From NCBI GenBank assembly GCA_964016885.1, contig OZ024755.1, positions 16,926,001 to 16,990,000 of the forward strand: a stretch of DNA of 64,000 nt. The letters are read 5' to 3'. Position 1 is the stretch's first letter. Each line of letters opens with the position of its first letter. The translations under genes were made by a program, and so were the position numbers. Below, piece by piece: positions 43,039 through 54,417 of the stretch. The notes beneath the pieces were generated by a model. It was not told where the DNA came from. It searched no databases and saw only the letters and a list, made by a program, of their open reading frames with translations. The DNA is from Eledone cirrhosa. Taxonomy: Eukaryota.

Positions 43039-43415
43039 TAATAAATGGAAACTATACTTATAAAACCATAATTATTTTATTATATATATTTCAAGGGCGA
43101 CCAAGCCAATCTTGGTGCACTTTCATCAGATAAAATACAAAATTTGTTTTATAAATAGTGACATAACCATGAAAAACAACCTTGACGGTTGAAAATTCAC
43201 TGGCTATCCAGCGAATTTTCAACCGTCAAGGTTGTTTTTCATGGTTATGTCACTATTTATAAAACAAATTTTGTATTTTATCTGATGAATGCACACCAAG
43301 TATAGTTTCCATTTATTAATATATTGAATATTTACTCCAGTTTACTTGTTGAGTGCTCTATACCAGTTATAATCCTTTAAGTTTGTTGGAATCCCAACAA
43401 ATTAAATATAACTTC

Positions 43416-43420
<5 letters not shown>
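43035..43420. mobile_element. Head-to-head inverted Penelope-like remnant flanked by (TA)n
   Basis: 82-bp arms 43122-43203 and 43208-43289 with one mismatch; outer arms also match; hammerhead in the left arm. Confidence 0.7.
43073..43137 (-). ncRNA. Type I hammerhead ribozyme motif
   Basis: tattttat-CTGATGA-aagtgcaccaag-attgg-cttggtcgccctt-GAAA-TATATA-TA-ataaaata; perfect 8-bp stem I, palindromic stem III, AUA site. Confidence 0.75.
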
Positions 43421-43452
<32 letters not shown>

Positions 43453-43708
43453 AGTGGTTCAGTAGATTCGTGGTTTACTGATGAAGGTACCAAAAACAAC
43501 ACTCTATGCTAAGGCAGTGTATATATTAAAAACAAAGTGAGGTTTCACGTTAAAGTCTTTATTTGATTATACACTGTTACAACTGTTTCACAGATGGGTG
43601 GCTCAAGTTTTGCTTGATTAACAAGTCAGATGAGCAGATCATGCTGGATCTGGATATATAGTGTTTACATAGATCCTGAGCCATCCATCTGTGAAATGGT
43701 CGTAACAC

Positions 43709-43987
43709 ATTCAGAGTTGCTGAAGCATGGAACAAACTACCTGCATCAGTTGTTAGCTGTCGAGACACTGCATCCTTTAAAACCTCCATGCTTCCTGAGA
43801 TTCGCCAACACTACACCTGATGCCCCCCCCCCCCCCTTCATACACACGCACACATGTATTTCATGACTCGTACACTGTTCATTTTCCTGACATTTGTACA
43901 TTATTCTATGTACTATACATGCACCTTTGATGAGGTGTAGTGCACCTGAGCACTGTACACAATAATTTCATTATTATCATTATTATT
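43709..43987 (+). mobile_element. CR1-clade LINE 3' fragment with (ATT)n tail
   Basis: Homologous to 28540-28810 in reverse orientation. Confidence 0.85.
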
Positions 43988-44207
43988 AACTGTGTATAAT
44001 CAATAAATACCTTAATGTGAAACCTCACTTTATTTTTAATATATATTTATATATAGAGAGAAATATAGATACTTATTTATTTATATATTATTTATTTATG
44101 TTCATACACAGACCAAAAGTGTTACCTAGTACAAAGATAGCCAGTTAAATGCTTCATTCAGCAATCTTTTGATTCTACTATCCAATATACTTATGATAAT
44201 GAAATTA

Positions 44208-44375
44208 CCATTTTCCCGGTGTCGAAGACACTACTTTTTTCCTAAAATAAGTCTCAAAAATCTGCCATGCCTCCTGGAGGTCGAAGGTTGTTTATTATTT
44301 TTTTTTCAAAATTTTGGTTGTCAAAATTAGTGTGTGTCCTTGAGGACAAAGCATCTTCAGCGCTGGGAAATACGG
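44208..44375. mobile_element. Tc2/pogo-type MITE
   Basis: TA-ccattttcccggtgtcgaaga ... tcttcagcgctgggaaatacgg-TA degenerate TIRs. Confidence 0.6.
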
Positions 44376-44671
44376 TAAAATTATAACGTGTAATAATGTT
44401 TTCTGATTTTGATAAAACGCCAACAATTTTGGGGAAGGGAAAAGTTGATTATATCAACCCCAGTGCATTACTGGTGCATTATAAAAAGACTAAAAATGGT
44501 TTCTGATTTAGGCACATGACAAATCATTTTATGAAAGCATGGTATATTTTATCAAGTCACAGCAGGTTATAGCAAGTAAAATGGTTACCTGTACCCAGGT
44601 GACCAAGTATAGCTTTATATGTCCTAAACAAGGTATTTAATTTAATTTTTATTCTTTCCTTCAATACATAG

Positions 44672-44755
44672 CCAAAGGAGAAAGGAGCCCGGATGAAGAG
44701 AGTACATTTTGTCAGCAATATATCTTGTGCCTTAAAATTCTTGGAGATGAAAAAT
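44672..44755 (+). CDS. SYNE1: Nesprin-1-like exon, CH1 (PKEKGARMKRVHFVSNISCALKFLEMKN)
   Basis: Pyrimidine tract plus catag acceptor, gtaagg donor. Matches the nesprin-type G.RMKR.H.V.NI..AL.FLE segment. Not in the ORF track. Confidence 0.93.
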
Positions 44756-45406
44756 GTAAGGAAGTTTCTTATACTTTTTATTTTTACACTTTTTGACATC
44801 AACCTGCTGAAAACTACCTTTGGTTTTATGAAACAAAATCACCCATTTTAAAATATAAGCTGACCCCTCTTCTACCATCGATTTTTTTTTGTTAATATTC
44901 CTTGGCTTATATTTAAGTATATATGGTACTTAAAGGGCAGAGTGTGTTTCTTGAAATTCAGTGAATTTCTATAGAAATATGTTTACAAAAGAATCCTTAT
45001 GAAAGAAAAAGAAATGCTTCATCTTCAATGGAGGGATGACTCAAGAAAAGAAGATGAAAGATACAATAAAATAGCTCTTATTTTTTTTGGAGGGGTTTAT
45101 TATTCTAAACATTAAAATTCTGTGAGATTTTGGTTTTTAAACTTAATCCTCATGCCTTATTCTTGCTCGCAGCTTTCTAAAGGCATCACTAGTCTTGGCA
45201 ATACCATTCACTATTTCATTGCCTAGAGAAGTGTTAGAATTGATTTTACTTCCCTGGTATGTGAAGAAATTATCTATAAGAATTTTACATGATGGTGCAC
45301 TGTATTAGGGCCGCAGACGTAAAATGATGATGATGATTATATTATATGTATTAATGTTGTGTACAATGTTTTATTCTATCACAACATTATTTCTTTTTTA
45401 AATTAG

Positions 45407-45499
45407 ATCAAATTGGTGAACATTAATCCATTTGATATTGCTGATGGCAAACCAACCATTGTCCTTGGTCTCATCTGGACTATCATCTTGTATCTACAG
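45407..45499 (+). CDS. SYNE1: Nesprin-1-like exon, end of CH1 ([31 protein letters not shown])
   Basis: attag acceptor, gtaagt donor, ABS2 motif IKLVNI...[15 protein letters not shown]. Confidence 0.96.
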
Positions 45500-45970
45500 G
45501 TAAGTAAACTCTGTTATCTACATGTATATAACAGGTACGCATTTTAGTGGGTAAAGAATGATTAAATCCTTTGAGCATTCAGTCTGTCAATCAACTTTGC
45601 TTGTAATTCATGTAAGTGGTTGAGTATTCCATGGATACATTCACACTTAATGTAATTCTCATACTCATGGAAAATTGATATTTTACAATCTATGACTATA
45701 TACATACATATACATACATATACATATATATATACACACACATGTATATATATATAGTTGCAGTTTGTGTACAAACCAAAGAATTTAAGGCATATAATAA
45801 CTGACAATTGTTTTTACACAGGTTATTCTACATGTAGCAAATCATTTTATTTAACAATTTGCCATTAGTGAATAGACATCGTGGGTGTCATCAGAGTTTA
45901 ATTAAAATACCAATACAAGTCACTCAGGAAAATATTAGAACGGATAATATATATATATATATATATATTT

Positions 45971-46317
45971 GGGAGGCACATGGCTTAGTGGTTAGAGCAT
46001 TGGCCTTGCAATCGAAAGGTTGTGAGTTCAATTCTCACACCGGGTGATGTGTTGTTTCCTTGAGCAAGACACTTTATTTCACATTGCTCCAGTTTACTCA
46101 GCTGTAGAAATGAGATGATAGGGACCCCAGTCCCTATCATTCCACTGCAAAGTGGTCGTGGAGGTGCCATGGAAAAAAAGCACCCAGCACTCACTGTAAA
46201 TGAGGTTGGTGTTAGGAAGGGCATCCAGCTGTAGAAATCAAGCCAGAATCAGTTCCCGTCCCACCCTTGCAAGCAGGGAAAATGCGGACGTAAAATGATG
46301 ATGATGATGATGATGAT
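45971..46317 (+). mobile_element. Full-length SINE B
   Basis: A box tggcttagtgg, B box gagttcaattc, RTE-type tail plus (GAT)n. Confidence 0.92.
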
Positions 46318-46362
46318 ATCACTCTATCATGATACTTTGATGACTGATATATATATATTATC

Positions 46363-46550
46363 TGGTGGATTGGCAGTATTGGTAGAGGGTCGGACGCCAT
46401 GCTTTCCAGCACAGAGTTACGGGCCTTTATGATCTGAGTTCAAATCCCGCCGAGGTTAACTTTGCCTTTCATCCTTACGGGGTCAATAAAATGAAGTACC
46501 AGTAATGTACTGGGTAATTGCTGGCCTTGTGCCAAAAGTAGAAACAATTA
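46363..46550 (+). mobile_element. SINE A with attatctg target-site duplication
   Basis: Full-length unit. Confidence 0.9.
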
Positions 46551-46949
46551 TCTGTTCTAATATTTTCCTGAGTGACTTGTATTGATATTTTAATTAAACT
46601 CTGATGACACCCACTGTCTATACTCACTAATGGAAAATTGTTGAATAAAATGATTTGCTATATGTAGAATAACCTGGGTAAAAACAATTGTCAGTTATTA
46701 TATGTCATAAATCCTCAAATTCTTTAGTTTATAAACTAAACAAACTGTAATTATATTTATATAACAGCTCTGCATGATCCTATCATTGCATTGAGCTTAA
46801 AAACACCTAGAAAATGTGTAAAATTTACTATCATTATCCCTCCGAGGTTGACTTTGCCTTTCATCCTTACGGGATCGATAAAATAAAGTACCAGTAATAC
46901 ACTGGATAATTGCTGGCCTTGTGCCTAAAGTAGAAACAATTAATATTAC

Positions 46950-46993
<44 letters not shown>

Positions 46994-47014
46994 TGCATTA
47001 TATTATAAAACGTG

Positions 47015-47193
47015 GCATTATCAGCTTCAGACACCATGCTTTGCAGCATAGAGTTATGGCCCTTTACGTTCTGAGTTCAAATCACGCCAAGGTTAATTTT
47101 GCCTTTCATCCTTACAGGGTCGATAAAATAAAGCACCAGTAATGCACTAGGGTAATTGCTGTCTTTGTGCCAAAAAAGTAGAAACAATTATTA
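47015..47193 (+). mobile_element. SINE A
   Basis: Conserved centre and tail. Confidence 0.85.
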
Positions 47194-47712
47194 TAGTTGA
47201 TTTATTAAAGCTGCCAATAAATCAATGATTGGAAACATGGCAATGATTCGGCTGTTGTTTCTGACAAAATTTGAATCGTATTCTAAAGAATCTAAGGGAA
47301 ATAACTAATATGGTATGAATTTTCAAGAGAAGCAACCCTTTCAGACACATTTGTTTTACTGTAAGAATTATATGTGAACTGTGAAGTGGCTGAAGAAATA
47401 GAATGTGTTACTGCATTTGTTCCAGTTGTTTGCATTCTGAGTTCAAATTCCACCTGGTAGTCTAAGGATAATTTACTCCTTTCTCTTTCCTGTCTGGAAG
47501 TCCCTAAAAAGGGTCCTATATGTTACTTATCCCCATCTAAATGATGAATAAAAAAAATAAGAAAAGGCTGTTGATTCATACAGTTAGACACCTTAGGTGT
47601 AATCTAGCTATTTGATGTTATTTTAAAGGTATTGCTTGTGTTTTCTTCTTTACATTATATTACAAAGCCTATAGAGTTCTATATATTTATATTTGAAAAT
47701 CCTGTTTTTCAG

Positions 47713-47837
47713 ATTGAACAAATCGCAGTTCAAGCTCAGTCAGAAGAAACTGCTGAGGGAGCACCAGTTGTGAAAAAGGGACCCAAAGAAAGTGTTAAGA
47801 AAGCCTTACTAAATTGGACAACAAATGCAATTACTAA
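47713..47837 (+). CDS. SYNE1: Nesprin-1-like exon, CH1-CH2 linker and CH2 start (IEQIAVQAQ...KKALLNWTTNAITK)
   Basis: tttttcag acceptor, gtaaga donor, KKALL.W motif, phase 0-2. Confidence 0.93.
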
Positions 47838-48041
47838 GTAAGAAACCATTCATTGTATTTGAATGTTGTTCAGTCAATGAGAGAATAGCAGTGCCTATGG
47901 CTCTTTTTCAGGGGTTTGAAGAAGGGCATGTTGAACATTTGTATGAATTGTAAATAAAACTGTATATTCAGACATGTACTATACAAGTTATTGTATGATT
48001 ATATAGCCTTTTGAAATCAGATGATTTTTCTTATACTGCAT

Positions 48042-48075
<34 letters not shown>

Positions 48076-48493
48076 GGTTTAGCGTCCGTGTTCCACGCTT
48101 GCATGGGTTTGGACGGGGGTTTTCCCACTTGAGGCAAGAGTGGTTGTCTTGCTCGCATAGGACTGTCTGGCGGGTTTTCTACAGTTGGATGCCCTTCCTA
48201 ACACCAACCACATTTACAGTGTGGGGCTGGGAGGTTTTTACCGTGTTGCCTACACGGCCACATTACAGCGTGGACTGTCTGGCGGGTTTTCTACAGTTGG
48301 ATGCCCTTCCTAACACCAACCACATTTACAGTGTGGGGCTGGGAGGTTTTTACCGTGTTGCCTACACGGCCACATTTACAGCGTGGACTGTGTGTTTTTT
48401 TGTCGTGACACCTACACGATCTCATTTGTTTATATATAGAATCAAACTAAAGTAAATTATTTGTGTTAACTGTTCAGGCTGTTTTTGTTTTAG

Positions 48494-48690
48494 ACATTAT
48501 GGTATCCCGGTGACAGATTTTGGAAAGAGTTGGCGAGATGGAGTTGCTTTTAATGCCATGATACACAACATCCGTCCAGACTTGGTGGATTTGGAACAGA
48601 CAAAGCAACAGACTGCCAAAGTTAATTTAGAATATGCTTTCTCTACTGCTGAAGTCAAACTTGGAATTCCTCGGCTCATTGATGCAGAAG
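48494..48690 (+). CDS. SYNE1: Nesprin-1-like exon, CH2 (HYGIPVTDFGKSWRDGVAFNAMIH...LGIPRLIDAE)
   Basis: ttttag acceptor, gttgga donor, DFG.SWRDG.AF and LGIPRL motifs, phase 2-1. Confidence 0.96.
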
Positions 48691-48989
48691 GTTGGACATT
48701 TCATATCTCTCTCTATAGTTTTGAAATTTAATTTTTTAATCATCATTGTCACCACCATCTTCATTTTATGTTTATTTTCCACTCTTGTATGCGTTAGACG
48801 GGTTGTCACACTCTGATACTGTTGGAAGGGAATAAAGCAATAACAACCCTTCTCAGGGTCTCTGAGACTGGCAGAAGAGAGGGAGGCAATTATAATCCTT
48901 CTTGGGGTCTGTGATACTGGTGGAAGGGAGGCAGGCAGTTATGACCCTTTTGAACAAAGTTTAACAAAGGTTCCTATATATAACTATAA

Positions 48990-49100
48990 TTGTTTCTACT
49001 TTTGGCACAAGGCCAGCAATTATCCCAGTGTATTACTGGTACTTTATTTTATCGACCCCGTAAGGATGAAAGGCAAAGTTAACCTCGGCGGGATTTGAAC
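48990..49100 (-). mobile_element. 5'-truncated SINE A with about 17-bp target-site duplication ctatatataactataat
   Basis: Same 17-mer immediately left and right of the element. Confidence 0.88.
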
Positions 49101-49124
49101 TATATATAACTATAATGAAAGGTT

Positions 49125-50858
49125 TATAGATAAATATATATACTTTAAAACAGTTTTATATTGTTGAGTCAAGAGTAGATTATAGATAAATATATATACT
49201 TTAAAACAGTTTTGTATTGTAGAGTCAAGGGTAGATTATAGATAAATATATATACTTTAAAACAGTTTTGTATTGTAGAGTCAAGGATGGTTTATAGATA
49301 AATATATATACTTTAAAACAGTTTTGTATTGTAGAGTCAAGGGTGGTTTATAGATAAATATATATACTTTAAAACAGTTTTGTATTGTAGAGTCAAGGGT
49401 AGATTATAGATAAATATATATACTTTAAAACAGTTTTGTATTGTAGAGTCAAGGGTGGTTTATAGATAAATATATATACTTTAAAACAGTTTTATATTGT
49501 TGAGTCAAGAGTAGATTATAGATAAATATATATACTTTAAAACAGTTTTGTATTGTTGAATCAAGAGTAGATTATAGATAAATATATATACTTTAAAACA
49601 GTTTGGTATTGTTGAGTCAAGAGTAGATTATAGATAAATATATATACTTTAAAACAGTTTTATATTGTTGAGTCAAGAGTAGATTATAGATAAATATATA
49701 TACTTTAAAACAGTTTTATATTGTTGAGTCAAGAGTAGATTATAGATAAATATATATACTTTAAAACAGTTTTGTATTGTAGAGTCAAGAGTAGATTATA
49801 GATAAATATATATACTTTAAAACAGTTTTATATTGTAGAGTCAAGGGTGGTTTATAGATAAATATATATACTTTAAAACAGTTTTATATTGTAGAGTCAA
49901 GGGTGGTTTATAGATAAATATATATACTTTAAAACAGTTTTGTATTGTTGAGTCAAGAGTAGATTATAGATAAATATATATACTTTAAAACAGTTTTATA
50001 TTGTAGAGTCAAGAGTAGATTATAGATAAATATATATACTTTAAAACAGTTTTGTATTGTTGAGCCAAGGGTGGTTTATAGATAAATATATATACTTTAA
50101 AACAGTTTTGTATTGTAGAGTCAAGAGTAGATTATAGATAAATATATATACTTTAAAACAGTTTGGTATTGTAGAGTCAAGAGTAGATTATAGATAAATA
50201 TATATACTTTAAAACAGTTTTATATTGTTGAGTCAAGAGTAGATTATAGATAAATATATATACTTTAAAACAGTTTTGTATTGTTGAGCCAAGGGTGGTT
50301 TATAGATAAATATATATACTTTAAAACAGTTTTGTATTGTAGAGTCAAGAGTAGATTATAGATAAATATATATACTTTAAAACAGTTTGGTATTGTTGAG
50401 TCAAGGGTGGTTTATAGATAAATATATATACTTTAAAACAGTTTTATATTGTAGAGTCAAGAGTAGATTATAGATAAATATATATACTTTAAAACAGTTT
50501 TGTATTGTAGAGTCAAGGGTAGATTATAGATAAATATATATACTTTAAAACAGTTTTGTATTGTAGAGTCAAGGGTGGTTTATAGATAAATATATATACT
50601 TTAAAACAGTTTTATATTGTTGAGCCAAGAGTAGATTATAGATAAATATATATACTTTAAAACAGTTTTGTATTGTTGAATCAAGAGTAGATTATAGATA
50701 AATATATATACTTTAAAACAGTTTTATATTGTTGAGTCAAGGGTGGTTTATAGATAAATATACATACTTTAAAACAGTTTTATATTGTTGAGCCAAGGGT
50801 GGTTTATAGATAAATATATATACTTTAAAACAGTTTTATATTGTTGAGTCAAGGGAGG
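49125..50858. repeat. 56-bp tandem repeat, about 31 copies
   Basis: tatagataaatatatatactttaaaacagttttgtattgtagagtcaagggtagat; period confirmed (49181 to 49461 = 5 x 56). Confidence 0.97.
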
Positions 50859-51042
50859 TTTCTGGAAGTTTAATATCAAATGAATTAAAACAAGGAGGAT
50901 GTCAATGGCAAATGTTGATGATGATAATGATAAATAAGAGAACTGATGAGTAGAAATGTTGATTTTAGAATTGTTGTTGTCAAAGTTGTTCTTTTAAGAG
51001 TTGTACTTTGTAACTAAATTTGTGCTGTTTCTTTCTTTGTAG

Positions 51043-51134
51043 ATGTTGATGTACCAAAACCAGATGAGAAATCCATCATGACATACGTAGCCCAGTTCCT
51101 TAAGGCTTATCCTGAAGCTGGGGAAGATCCCGAA
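51043..51134 (+). CDS. SYNE1: Nesprin-1-like exon, CH2 end (DVDVPKPDEKSIMTYVAQFLKAYPEAGEDPE)
   Basis: ctttgtag acceptor, gtaagg donor. PDEKSIMTYVAQF is typical of nesprin/calmin-type CH2. Confidence 0.96.
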
Positions 51135-51224
51135 GTAAGGGAACAGTTTTTTCTAAGAAACATCAAATAGGATTCTTCTTTTTCTTTTTCTTCTGATAAT
51201 TTATATTTGTTTTATTATTTTCAG

Positions 51225-51365
51225 GTGAGGAAAACACGTAAATCTGCTAATACACCTGAAGCTGAACTACAACAATACCAAGATCTCTTGAAATGGATTG
51301 ATTCTGCTGAGGAAACCCTAAAAGTTATCTATCAACCACTCACAGAACGGGATCCAGAATACCTG
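51225..51365 (+). CDS. SYNE1: Nesprin-1-like exon, start of rod region (VRKTRKS...ERDPEYL)
   Basis: ttttcag acceptor after a 90-nt intron, gtcaga donor, 47 open codons, LLKWI helix. Confidence 0.88.
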
Positions 51366-52442
51366 GTCAGAGTTATTTTTAAATATTTTTACTTCTATCA
51401 TTAGGTGACAAATTGGCAGAACTTTTAGAATATCAGGTAGAATTCTTTGTGGTATTCATTTTGACTCTCTGAACTCTGAGTTCAAAACCTGCTGAGGTCA
51501 ATAAAAAAAAAAGTACCAGTCAAGCACTGTCTCTAAAAGTTTAGCCAAAAGTCTGTTTTGTGCCCAGAGGTGTTTATTCCGGTTTTGTGACATTAAGCGA
51601 CAGATAGTACAAGACTCCTCCCACTAGACAGAATGCCAGTCCATCACATGGTTAAACCCCAAGCTAGAGCTGGTACTCATTTTCAGCTGAGTATACTGGA
51701 GTAATATGAAATGAAGTGTTTTATTCAAGAACACAACACACAACCTAACCCAGGAATTGAACGCACAACATTAGGATCTTAAGTTTATCACCCTTACCAC
51801 TATGCCACGCACCTCCACAGCAATGGAATATGGTAATGAAAATGTTAAGCAGTAGGCAAGTATATGATATGATACATATATTATATTATAGTCTTGCCTA
51901 GAGTGAAGAAGAACATTATCTTCTCTCCTTTCCTGACTCTCAGACAAAGTACAAGATCTAAAATATTTATTTCACACACCTCATGGCAATTAAACTTATT
52001 GAACTCTATTTCATTATGAGTTTAATTAATATATGTTATTGTTAAAACTGTTAAAGAAAGAAACAATGCAGTTAGTCCCTCCCTAGAAAGAAACAATGCA
52101 GTTATTAATATGAAGAGTTGAAATTTATGTATGCAAAATTTCACAGCTCTAGCATCAATCCTTATCAGTCAACTTATTAACTTTTCAGCTAACCCTCATA
52201 GATATGCAGCTGGATCAAGAGATTCTAGAGTGTTTGTGTCTGCTCATGACTGCATTGAGTACCTAAAACCCATCATGAAAGCATGGTACATTCTACCAAA
52301 TCATACTCAATTACAATTGATAGCTGTAGTAGATGCTTCCTCACTGACTTGATTGTGTTAAATTGTTCATACTCTTCCTTCTATCTGAAGATATTCAGTT
52401 TTATAATATGAACATAAATGTTTGAACCAACTAAAGTACAAA

Positions 52443-52660
52443 TAATGGTTTCTGATTTAGGCACAAGGCCAACACATTTTTGGGGAGGGGAAAGCCAATT
52501 AAATCAACCCCAGTGCATTACTAGTACTTTATTTTATCGACTCCCGTAAGGATGAAAGGCAAAGCTAACCTCAGCAGGATATGAACTCAGAACGTAAAGA
52601 GATGTAACTATATGCCACGAAGCATGTTGTCCAATGCTCTAGCAATATTGCCAATCCATT
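52443..52660 (-). mobile_element. SINE A (long-tail variant)
   Basis: Reverse complement of the SINE A centre and head. Confidence 0.85.
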
Positions 52661-52945
52661 TCCCTAAAACTAATTTAAGTTAAAATAATAAATTCTGTCT
52701 TTAATAAATAATCAAATATAAAATTGCCATAGGAACTTCGTCGTAGTATCCACAGTATTCTCTTTGTTGCTCAGAGGCCTTTATTAAAGTTGTTGATTAA
52801 ATACCAAAGCAGCCAGACATAGCCAGGAGAAAGTTAAATTATCTTTTTATTAAAATGGTGTAAGCATCATTCTTAGAGGTTTTCTACTAGCTTTGTTTAT
52901 TGTTCAATATATAGGCTATGTTATATATTCATTATTACATATAGA

Positions 52946-53552
52946 CGGTGGATTAGCAGTATCAGCAAAGCATTAGACACCATGCTTTGTAGCATAGAGT
53001 TATGGTCCTTTACGTTCTTAGTTCAAATCCTGCCAAGGTTAGCTTTGCCTTTCATCTTCACGGGGTCGATAAAATAAAGTACCAGTAATGCACTGGAATA
53101 ATTGCTGGCCTTGTGCCAAAAGTAGAAACAATTATTACATATTAACAGGTCTGTATGAGTAAGACACAGTCACCTGATCTAACATGCCTCAAATGGGACA
53201 ACTCGTCTAACCCATGCTAGCTTGGAAAATGGACATTAAATGGTGATGATGATAATGTTACTAAATGTAACCACTGGTCTTATGTAATGTATATGGAGGT
53301 GTGTGGCCTAGTGGTAAGTTTGTTGGATTTACGATCATAACGTTGTGGGTTTGATTCCTGAACTGAGTTGTGTGTTGTGTTCTTCAGCAAAACACTTCAT
53401 TTCATGTTCCCCAGTAGCTGGGAGTTTAACCATGTGATGGACTGGCATCCTGTCCAGGGTTAGGTGGAGTCTTGTACTAACAGTCACTTAATGCTATGGA
53501 AACCAGGATAAGCAGCAGCCTGATGAGCCTTTGGGCTTGGGACAAACTTTAG
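52946..53552 (+). mobile_element. SINE A (52946-53135), RTE-type tail fragment, and SINE B alternative-tail variant (53295-53552)
   Basis: Conserved blocks as above; attattacatat duplicated around the SINE A. Confidence 0.8.
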
Positions 53553-53715
53553 AGAGACTTTATTATGTAACATATCAGATACTACTGGTCCTGTTATATA
53601 TTAGTTATGTTAACATCAATAAATGTTACTGTGGGTCTTGTATAATATATTACCTATGTTAATACTGATTTTATTATATATCTTAGTTATATTAATATTG
53701 GTCTTATATAATATA

Positions 53716-54417
53716 CTAGCCGAATTACCCGTGCCTTGCTGCTTTTCACACATTGTTTTTGTAAGAAAATGATGATTGATTTTGAACCAGTGATATAATT
53801 TATGGAGAAAAACTCTGCATTTCAATATTACTCAATGTAAAATGTAATGCATGAAAAATTGGAAAACATTATTTTTTGTAATGGTGGTGGATTGGCAGTA
53901 TCGGTAGAGGGTCGGACGCCATGCTTTGCAGCACAGTTACGTTCCTTTACGGATTGCGTTCAAATCCCGCCGAGGTTAACTTTACCTTTCATCCTTACGG
54001 GGTCGATAAAATAAAGTACCAGTAATACACTGGGATAATTGCTGGCCTTGTGCCAAAAGTAGAAACAATTATTTTTTGTAATATATCAAATCAAAATTAC
54101 ATTATTAAATCTTATTCTTATTTTGTTTCTTGTTAATAATTTTTTTCAAAATATCAATTCAAAACTTTTGTGAATAGGCATATCTTGTCATTTACCGATG
54201 GTTTAAATTTCATATAAATTGAAGGGAAAATATTTTCAGCGTAGATTTGTACCCCCGGGGAACCTTTTGATTAAAATGAAATATACTTATCCAAGTACCC
54301 TGGGCAATGTAGTTTGAGAATATGTTATGGGGGTCTATCTCCAAAACCATAGGAGGAGTTCGTGAACAAACAAACAAACAAACAAACAGACAGGAACTAC
54401 AACTTTATATATATAGA
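53716..54417 (-). mobile_element. Non-autonomous Helitron-like element interrupted by SINE A (53885-54072)
   Basis: Minus strand reads A|TCTATATATATAAAG ... CTAG|T, with an (ACAA)n/ACAG microsatellite near the 5' end; 3' hairpin degenerate. Confidence 0.6.

Larger units (their letters stand above)
45755..46755. repeat. About 190-bp inverted repeat (45755-45948 and 46548-46755) enclosing two SINEs
   Basis: For example gtcactcaggaaaatattagaac vs gttctaatattttcctgagtgac. Confidence 0.88.

Noticed and set aside
45971-46045. tRNA gene
   Set aside because: A/B boxes are present but it is the head of a multi-copy SINE with no proper acceptor stem or poly-T terminator.
31568-51134. Assignment as dystrophin, alpha-actinin, beta-spectrin or calmin
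   Set aside because: The G.RMKR.H and PDEKSIMTYVAQF motifs, the extended CH1-CH2 linker and the following degenerate spectrin repeats fit nesprin best. The diagnostic KASH domain is outside the window, so orthology is unconfirmed.
53495-53550. Hammerhead in the SINE tail (GAAAC...CTGATGA-gcctttgggc)
   Set aside because: The motif order would need a type II topology, and I cannot form stems I-III with a valid NUH site; the core is not kept in the 14090 copy.
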